26,326 bases of DNA from the IMG/VR virus record IMGVR_UViG_3300027007_000013; one strand, written 5' to 3'. The notes under the pieces were generated by a model that was not told the origin of the DNA, did no database searches, and was given only the letters and a program-made list of their open reading frames with translations. Source of the DNA: a virus. Taxonomy: Duplodnaviria > Heunggongvirae > Uroviricota > Caudoviricetes. Both the position numbers and the translations under genes were made by a program. This document shows positions 20,601 through 26,326 of this stretch, piece after piece (within the stretch, counting starts at the first letter, position 1; each line of letters starts with the position of its first letter).

Positions 20601-23578
20601 CCGATCCATCGATCACACTGGGTGAAGTTGTCGCGAGTGCGAGCGAAGGGGTCGTCTCTGTCGCTGGCCTCGACGCTACGACGTCGGTCGGTGAATCAGT
20701 TGCCACGGCCGATACAGCCACGCTCGCACTCTCGGCAATCGATGTCGCTGGGTCGAGCGGCGTGGTCATTGCGACATCGACCCTTGGCGGGACGGTTACC
20801 GCACTCGACCCCACCACTGACGGTACAGCAACGGCGACCATGGAGGCCGCTACCGTCTCCGTCTCGGCACCCTCGCCAACGACGGGGACGGCCTCGTCGA
20901 TATCGACGCAGACGATCACGTCGTCGGTTACAGCGAACGATGTGAGTGCGACCGGTGGGGCGACGACAGCAACCGCCGAGCAGGGGACTGTCACGACCAC
21001 GGCCCTCGAGCCGACGGTCGCGGTAGGCGACACCCCAACGGTTGTGTCTGTCGGCGCGATCACGCTCTCTGCGCCGTCTGTGACAGCGACGGCTGGCGGC
21101 GTGTCCGCTGCAACGGACGTCGGCGAGCTCTCGGTCACTGGAGCTGACGTTTCGACCGACGGTACCCGAACGATCACAGCAGACGTTGCCACGCAGACCG
21201 TGACAGCCCCCTCCCCGGCCGCAGTTCCCGGTGGAGCGTCGGTGTCGACGGATGTCGCGTCGGTCAACGTTTCCGCACAGAACACCACCACATCGACCGG
21301 GCCAACGACAGCAACTGGAACGGTTGCTGACCTCTCGGTGTCTGGTGTCGACCTCAGTGCCTCGTCTGGCGGATCGATCGTCTACACCAGTACCAAGACC
21401 GCAACCGTCACCGCCCAGGACCCCTCGGTGTCGGTCGGTGAGGCCACGGCGGTCGCTGACACGGGTGCGATTGCCGTCTCCATCCCGACGCCAGGGGTTG
21501 GAAGTGGCGTCATAGCCGCAACGGCCACTGTGGGTGGAACGGTCACCGCCCAGGACCCCACCACCGCAGTCGGCGCCACCTCTGCAACGATGGATGCTGG
21601 GACGATCTCTGTCTCGGCAATCGAGCCCGGCGCTGTCTCCGGTATCATCGCAGCCACGTCGACCGTCTCGGGGACGGTCACCGCCCAGGACCCAGCAGTC
21701 ACCGGGACGGGCTCGACTACCGCAAGTGCCGACGTTGGTTCGATCACAGTTGCTGGCCAGGACGCCGGTGCGTCACCTGGAGAGGCTACCGCGACGCAGA
21801 CTGTCGCGACCCTTTCCGCTTCTGCGCCGGGCCCCGCAGCGACCTCGTCCACTACGGTCACAGCTGACACTGGCGCAGTCGCGGTGGCCGCCACCGACCC
21901 ATCGATCGCCTTCTCGACTACAGTGGATGCGGACGAAGGTGTGCTCACGGTCGCGGCACTCGACGTCGTCACCCTTCGAGCCGACTCGACTCTACTCGAT
22001 GTCGGGACGATCACGGTTGCCGCCCCTGAGCCGACAGCATCGCCAGGCGGCGTCACTGGTGGTGGTGAGACAGCGACCGTCGCCGTGGCGGCCCCGGGCC
22101 CAACAGCGACTGGTGGCCCGACGTCTGCGACCGCAGCGACGGCAACTGTCACGACGGTTGCCCCAGATGCGACAGCCGTTGGTGGCCCGACGACGAGTAC
22201 AGCCGACACGGCGACGCTCGCGACCACTGTACCAGCCCCAGCCGCGACTGCGACGTACACAGTGGGTGCTGAGGTCGGGGCACTCGCGACGAGCGCCGTC
22301 GACCCGGTCGCGTTTGGAGATCGCATCACATCGGCCACGGTTGGTGAACTGTCCGCCAGCGCCGCCGATCCGACGGTCGCCGTCGTAACGACGGTCGCCG
22401 TCGACGAAGGAACGCTCTCGTCCACCGCACAGGACCCATCGGTTGCACCCGGCGGCGTCACTGGTGCTGTCGAAGTGGGCACGCTCACGACGGCTGCGCC
22501 AGACGCTGGTCTCGTCCTTGGGACGGTGTCGGTCACAACCGACCATGCTGCACTCGGTGTCAGCGGTCAGAATGCCGGGGCGGCACCGGGTGGTGTCTCA
22601 CCCCTCGCCGACCCGGGTACGCTCACGACCGTTGCGCCAGACGCCGCCCTGACCCCCGGTGTTACACCCGTCACTGTCGAGTCGGGGACACTCGCCACCA
22701 CGGCACTCGACCTGGATGCAGTTGGCGGACCGACGACCGGCACTGCTGAGACGGTCGAGCTCACCCTCACCAGCATCGATAACGATGTCCTGCTCGGAGA
22801 CACCCCGGTCGAGATGGACGTCGGCGGCCTGGCCGTCGCCAGCCCGGCGCCAGCAGCTCTCCCCGGAGTGGTGAGTAACGAGGCCGACGTTGGAACGCTT
22901 ACGACAGCAGCCGTCGAGCCAGGTGTTTCGGCTACGTACACCTCGATAGCCGATACTGGCGACCTCGCGGTCGGGAGTGTCGACCCTGGTGTACTTGCCA
23001 CCAACACGGTCGGTATGGGCCACGCGGAACTGATGGCCACGGCGCCTGCGGCCGGAATCGATCCGGGCGTAACGCTCGTCGATGTGAGTGAGTCCAGTAT
23101 CGACGTCACCGGACCGGAACCGGCGGCCCTCCCTGGTGGCGTCGACCTGGCGATGACGGACGGGACGCTCGCAACGACCGTTTCAGAGCCAGGCGTTCAC
23201 GCAATCGCCACCCTCGGCGCAGACGTGGGGTCGCTTCAGACGACCACCCCGAGTCCCGAGTGTATCGGCGGCCCGACGAGCGCCACAGCCGCGGCGGCCA
23301 GCGTCTCGACGAGCGTCCCCGGTATCGGATACATGGCCTGGGACCAGTTCCCCGGCGCGACGGCGGCCAGCGTTACCGTCTCGACACCGATAATCGACAT
23401 TCCCCAGGTCGACATCGAGAAAGTCGGTCTCGACGGCGGGCACGCACAGAGTATCACGCTGGACGGACTGTTCGACCCAGATGACACGGCGCTCGACAGC
23501 GAAGATGCTCAGATCGTGTCCCTGGAAGGAACGTTCGACGCCACCCACATTACCCTTGAAGGGAGGTACGACCCATAA
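17639..23578 (+). CDS. Giant repeat fibre/filament protein (1979 aa): two N-terminal beta-sandwich domains, ~23-aa T/A/V/S/G/D repeats, short C-terminal domain
   Basis: SD GGAGGAG; residues ~1-150 and ~180-370 globular (second one lectin/LamG-like); residues ~375-1925 are quasi-repeats of consensus TATADVGSITVTAQDPSVTPG; C-terminal ITLxGxFD repeats. Confidence 0.85.
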   Translation: MPTTDLYPDSELATTNLSGSVSNLQNDDTASWYTANDATSDTALRVGFDNPPSALTGTQTIDVYVRRTNNSNKEPTVTVELYENGSLVSTLASNVAVTSTTGQTLSYTFADTAVSNADNVEIRVAGSSSGGNPNQRNTVEVGYETWTASIELVGGVADVGTLSVTANEPTASGGIQYGWKTIESFEDQSLSEYDIGDTSAFGIASTQSIDGSYSLEGTGGSSTWEGIASTTGLDEYIPYESEFRARVRVSSANDRLLLRFATPDADNVILAGATGTGIEISRSLAGSWSQVSSASMTFPTDEWLIYHLTWGLAGANVVELTVYDSTETELASTSATLESDFQAWDGFGYQYTYQYSGTGPGYFDNVELWGQLASSQTATADVASVTTSAPSPTASTTTTGDTATADLGGITVSAPSPTATNVISAPVSTLSATIAGQDPTVDGGATTATMDAASISVTGQDPSIPSVATTVTADLGSVTVAGQDSTVTPGDVSVATTEGTLTSTAQDVTATPGTVSAGADVGQTTVTAIDTSASAGATTSSMETGTLSLSLPPVTSGSTRAVSADVGVVSVTGQAATVQAGAHTLTMDAGTATASGIDPSVAPGEFTATVDVASVTSVAHDVTATAGATSATAVAGGIALSGVEPSASSGVVAQTSTVGGAVTAPDPSVATGGVTAQAAVGEVTVTGQDPVATPGSVSPTADVAPLDVSAQSLGATPGTVTASSVVGDLALSSADPSSTPGDVSPTADVATTTLVALDSTVTTGGSTATVDTGVLTVSEEEVSVAGGATVATTDTGTLSVTGPSPSTALGTVSIGADLADIATTGHDVAATPGTATIAGDTGELTVDVPGFVTGKSILVEADTASITVTGEDVTTTSGGVGATAGHATVSVEAIDPTAAPTGSAPVAADVGEISTTASDVTATGGSTSATVDVASVSATAPDASIDAGGVVTATATTGVVTVAGISAGAVPGEATVTTDSGIVTSTAADPSITLGEVVASASEGVVSVAGLDATTSVGESVATADTATLALSAIDVAGSSGVVIATSTLGGTVTALDPTTDGTATATMEAATVSVSAPSPTTGTASSISTQTITSSVTANDVSATGGATTATAEQGTVTTTALEPTVAVGDTPTVVSVGAITLSAPSVTATAGGVSAATDVGELSVTGADVSTDGTRTITADVATQTVTAPSPAAVPGGASVSTDVASVNVSAQNTTTSTGPTTATGTVADLSVSGVDLSASSGGSIVYTSTKTATVTAQDPSVSVGEATAVADTGAIAVSIPTPGVGSGVIAATATVGGTVTAQDPTTAVGATSATMDAGTISVSAIEPGAVSGIIAATSTVSGTVTAQDPAVTGTGSTTASADVGSITVAGQDAGASPGEATATQTVATLSASAPGPAATSSTTVTADTGAVAVAATDPSIAFSTTVDADEGVLTVAALDVVTLRADSTLLDVGTITVAAPEPTASPGGVTGGGETATVAVAAPGPTATGGPTSATAATATVTTVAPDATAVGGPTTSTADTATLATTVPAPAATATYTVGAEVGALATSAVDPVAFGDRITSATVGELSASAADPTVAVVTTVAVDEGTLSSTAQDPSVAPGGVTGAVEVGTLTTAAPDAGLVLGTVSVTTDHAALGVSGQNAGAAPGGVSPLADPGTLTTVAPDAALTPGVTPVTVESGTLATTALDLDAVGGPTTGTAETVELTLTSIDNDVLLGDTPVEMDVGGLAVASPAPAALPGVVSNEADVGTLTTAAVEPGVSATYTSIADTGDLAVGSVDPGVLATNTVGMGHAELMATAPAAGIDPGVTLVDVSESSIDVTGPEPAALPGGVDLAMTDGTLATTVSEPGVHAIATLGADVGSLQTTTPSPECIGGPTSATAAAASVSTSVPGIGYMAWDQFPGATAASVTVSTPIIDIPQVDIEKVGLDGGHAQSITLDGLFDPDDTALDSEDAQIVSLEGTFDATHITLEGRYDP
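18760..23400 (+). repeat. Degenerate intragenic tandem repeat (~69 nt, roughly 60-70 units)
   Basis: Recurring ADxG...V(T/S)...DP.. units by eye; exact 17-mer GTCACCGCCCAGGACCC at 21407, 21542 and 21677. Confidence 0.85.
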
Positions 23579-23913
23579 TGACAAAAGAAAACCAAGACTT
23601 CGAGTTGCACAACGGCGAGATCAAGATCCCCCAGTTCACCGTCGACAAACCCGACGGGTCGACGAAAGACCTCACCAACTACAAAGCCCGGTGGATCGCG
23701 ATCGACCCCGAAGACGACGAGATCGTGATCGACCTGCATACGGACACGGATAACGACATCACGATCCCCAACCCTGCTGGTGGTATCGTCGAGGTCAGGG
23801 TGGATCTGACTGGAAGCTCTGAGCTGTACAACTCCTACCGTCACGAGCTCTACGTGATCGACAGCTCCGGGGAGCCATCGGTTGTCTCTACGGGCGAAAT
23901 GTTCGTGAAATAA
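23578..23913 (+). CDS. BppU N-terminal-like Ig-fold virion attachment protein (111 aa)
   Basis: Pattern DGSTKDLTNY...ITIPNPAGGIVEV...YRHELYVIDSSG...VVSTGEMFV typical of BppU_N-like domains; TAATG-coupled to the fibre gene. Confidence 0.65.
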   Translation: MTKENQDFELHNGEIKIPQFTVDKPDGSTKDLTNYKARWIAIDPEDDEIVIDLHTDTDNDITIPNPAGGIVEVRVDLTGSSELYNSYRHELYVIDSSGEPSVVSTGEMFVK

Positions 23914-24024
23914 CATCACCCAGGCGCCACGAACAGAGACCTCCCAGACGCCCTCTCGCCCGCTATCGGGCTTTCACCACCCGCACTCACTACCACCAGA
24001 AACGTCTGTTTTCGGTAGGTATCA

Positions 24025-24036
24025 GAAATCTTAATA
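24025..24036 (+). promoter_or_regulatory. BRE/TATA promoter of the helicase operon
   Basis: GAAATCTTAATA; predicted start about 24060, giving a ~64-nt 5' UTR. Confidence 0.55.
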
Positions 24037-24124
24037 CTATCTACCGTCTATCAAAGATCACACATACGGGAACGGAGTGACGGCGAAAACGAACACCCGT
24101 GTGTGACTGAGTACATAGCTACTA

Positions 24125-25930
24125 ATGTCACAAGAACAGAAGCAGAGCCCCGAAGATCGCCTTCAGGTTACGAAGGTGATAGGAGGCCCGGGGACCGGAA
24201 AGACGACGGCCGTTGTTGGCAACCCAGAGCTCGAGATCGACGGGCTGTTCGTCCAGCACATGGACGAGTACAGACTGAGCGACCAGCTTCTGGTGACGTT
24301 CACCAAGGCTGGCGTGGAGGAGGCGGCGGACCGGCTGAAGGCGATGCTTGGTATCCCCAAGAAAGACCTGAAGCAGCAGATCCGCACGATCCACTCCCAC
24401 GCCTACCAGAAGATGGGTGTCGAGAACGGCCAGATGGTATCGTGGCGAAACAAGAAGAAGTGGTGCGAGAAGCACAACCTGGAGTTCGAGTACGACGACG
24501 GGTCGGACGACCTGATGGGCTCCGAGGGCGTCGCTGACGGGAACGCGTTCTTCCAGATCAACGACTGGCTGAACGCACACCGACTCCCACCAGAGGAGCA
24601 CGACCAGTGTCCGGCTGACTGGTCCGGTCGACAGAACCTGGAGATGTTGCTCCACGACTGGAACACGTTCAAAGAGGCGAACGACAAGCTCGAGTTCGAC
24701 GACATGATCGAGGGTGTCGTCGCCGAGTGTGTTTCCGTCCTTCGACAGGGCGAGTTTGGTGACCCAAGTATCGAGAACGATCGCGAGTACCTGGAAAGCT
24801 GTCGCTGGGATGAGAACCTCTCGCCCCAGGCCATCCGGAATCACCCGATGTTCATCGACGAACCGGTCATGTACGTCGACGAGTGCCAGGACCTGACCTA
24901 CCTACAGTGGGACTGGTACCTGTGCCAGAAGCTCGCGTGTGAGAAAGTGTTCCTTGGTGGAGACGACGACCAGGCGATTTACGGATGGGCTGGAGCCGAC
25001 CCCGAGCAACTACTCGGAGAAGAAGGTGACGTCGAGGTGCTGGAAAAGACCTACCGCATCCCTGAGCAGGTGTGGGCGGCCTGTCAGTCCTGTATCGAGC
25101 AGGTCGACGTGAGACAGGACAAAGACATCGAGCCCGTCGACGACGAGGGTGAGTTTATCGCCCTCTCGAACCCGTACCCGGCGGCTGTGTGCGACCACAT
25201 CGTCGAGAGTGACGACGTCCTCGTCCTGTTCAGGGCGAAGTTCCACATCGACGAGTTCCGCAACACCCTGCACGAGCAGGGCATCCCGTACGACAACATG
25301 TCCACGTATGATACGTGGAACGCGTCTACCACGAAACTCCGCGACTGTCTCGCGAAGGTGTGGAACGAGGAGACGCTGGACGCCGACGAAGTGAAGAAGA
25401 TTGTCGACGTGTCGGACGTCGACCTGATCGATGCCGACTCGCCGGGTCTGGTCAAGTACCTCGTCGACGAGCCCGAGTACGAGGCACAGGACGTGCTGGC
25501 GTTCTTCAAAACGCCAATGGACACGCCCACTCAATTCTGTCTCTGGTACCTCGACCGGAACAGTGAGAAGAAGGCTGACTCGGACCTGAACTGGTTTCAG
25601 GCCAAGGCCATCGAAGGCAACCTCCGACACAATCTGTTCGACCGGCGACCGGAGCAGGTTCGCATCGGGACCATCCACTCAGCGAAGGGCAAGGAAGCGG
25701 ACACCGTCATCCTCGGGACCGACTCGACCGGGACGATCATCCGCAACATGGAGTCGAGCTCGGCGGACGTTCCCGCCTACGCGATGTCGGGCGACGTCAT
25801 CTCAGACGAGGAGCGTCGCGTCCTCTACGTCGGGATGAGCCGGGCCAAGCGCAAGCTCGTCATGGCCGAGGGCCTCGTCACCCCGGAGACTACCCTGCGC
25901 ATCAACGCCCTGGTTGGTGGCCCGGAATGA
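24125..25930 (+). CDS. uvrD: UvrD/Rep-family (SF1A) DNA helicase
   Basis: I GGPGTGKTT, Ia VTFTKA, Ib RTIHS, II VDECQD, III GDDDQAIYGWAGA, IV KTYR, V TIHSAKGKEAD, VI EERRVLYVGMSRAK. Confidence 0.93.
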   Translation: MSQEQKQSPEDRLQVTKVIGGPGTGKTTAVVGNPELEIDGLFVQHMDEYRLSDQLLVTFTKAGVEEAADRLKAMLGIPKKDLKQQIRTIHSHAYQKMGVENGQMVSWRNKKKWCEKHNLEFEYDDGSDDLMGSEGVADGNAFFQINDWLNAHRLPPEEHDQCPADWSGRQNLEMLLHDWNTFKEANDKLEFDDMIEGVVAECVSVLRQGEFGDPSIENDREYLESCRWDENLSPQAIRNHPMFIDEPVMYVDECQDLTYLQWDWYLCQKLACEKVFLGGDDDQAIYGWAGADPEQLLGEEGDVEVLEKTYRIPEQVWAACQSCIEQVDVRQDKDIEPVDDEGEFIALSNPYPAAVCDHIVESDDVLVLFRAKFHIDEFRNTLHEQGIPYDNMSTYDTWNASTTKLRDCLAKVWNEETLDADEVKKIVDVSDVDLIDADSPGLVKYLVDEPEYEAQDVLAFFKTPMDTPTQFCLWYLDRNSEKKADSDLNWFQAKAIEGNLRHNLFDRRPEQVRIGTIHSAKGKEADTVILGTDSTGTIIRNMESSSADVPAYAMSGDVISDEERRVLYVGMSRAKRKLVMAEGLVTPETTLRINALVGGPE

Positions 25931-26226
25931 GCTGGACGGACGAGATACAGATTCGGGCGACGCTTCCCAACGGGGAAGTCTGGCAACTCAACTACGCCTG
26001 GGCCGCCCGGCTGCTGTCCGAGGCAAAGTACCCTGATGAAGGAGAGGAGCACTTCCAGGAGCGGAGATACTACCTGGAGAATCCGCAAGAGGCGGCACGG
26101 GATCTCCCGAGCATCGTCGCATGGGATGACATAGAGTCTGTCGCTGAGCGCATCGAAGGTGCGGACGAGACGAACTACCGGGAGCAATGGATGGGAGCCG
26201 GACTGGACGTGATCGGAGATGAGTGA
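25927..26226 (+). CDS. Hypothetical protein (99 aa)
   Basis: ATGA-coupled to the helicase; acidic. Confidence 0.7.
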   Translation: MSWTDEIQIRATLPNGEVWQLNYAWAARLLSEAKYPDEGEEHFQERRYYLENPQEAARDLPSIVAWDDIESVAERIEGADETNYREQWMGAGLDVIGDE

Positions 26227-26326
26227 GCGGTTGAAGGAGGTCGCGTTCGACGCACTGCGCGAGATGTACGAGGAGGCGGAACCGCCGCTGGACTTCGACC
26301 ACGCGGTGGAACATAGTGAGGAGTAT
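26219..26326 (+). CDS. Hypothetical protein, truncated by the window end
   Basis: MSERLKEVAFDALREMYEEAEPPLDFDHAVEHSEEY...; overlaps the previous stop, open to the end of the window. Confidence 0.6.
   Translation, partial: MSERLKEVAFDALREMYEEAEPPLDFDHAVEHSEEY

Noticed and set aside
19384-22536. Long antisense ORFs (635, 384 and 198 aa and others) opposite the fibre gene, and similar ORFs opposite polB, ligase and the PL9 gene
   Set aside because: Shadow ORFs produced by GC-rich, stop-poor codon usage of the sense genes; no motifs or promoters.
1-26326. CRISPR array, TIGR/box C-D guide array or IS element
   Set aside because: No regularly spaced identical repeats with unique spacers, no periodic box C/D motifs, and no Cas, Nop-domain or transposase ORF seen.

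Overview
This window looks like part of a large haloarchaeal virus or provirus genome. The evidence is an acidic proteome, GC-rich codons, archaeal TATA/BRE promoters with mostly leaderless starts, and virion-fibre-type genes. I cannot name the virus from sequence alone. Order on the + strand: (1) a coiled-coil/wHTH gene translationally coupled to a tyrosine recombinase, then a minus-strand Zn-finger microprotein and a perfect 12-8-12 lox-like inverted repeat; (2) a 16-gene intronless, CCA-less tRNA array (2340-5474) with highly structured spacers, a micro membrane protein and a MaoC/PhaJ-like hydratase; five tRNAs share a non-canonical 5-bp D-stem without U8/A14; (3) Zn-finger microproteins, a triple-HTH protein and an ATP-dependent DNA ligase; (4) a candidate stand-alone ~115-nt ncRNA followed by genes under a repeated GAAAACTGGTAT promoter motif (possible Sm-like protein, transglutaminase-like protease, 38-aa peptide); (5) a host-PolB1-like intein-free DNA polymerase with a synonymously AT-shifted patch over motifs B-C; (6) a putative virion filament module: 153-aa structural domain, PL9 pectate-lyase-like beta-helix fused to a second copy of that domain, 1979-aa repeat fibre, BppU-like Ig protein; (7) a UvrD-like helicase. 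All RNA folds and family calls were made by eye, and none has been confirmed by a search.
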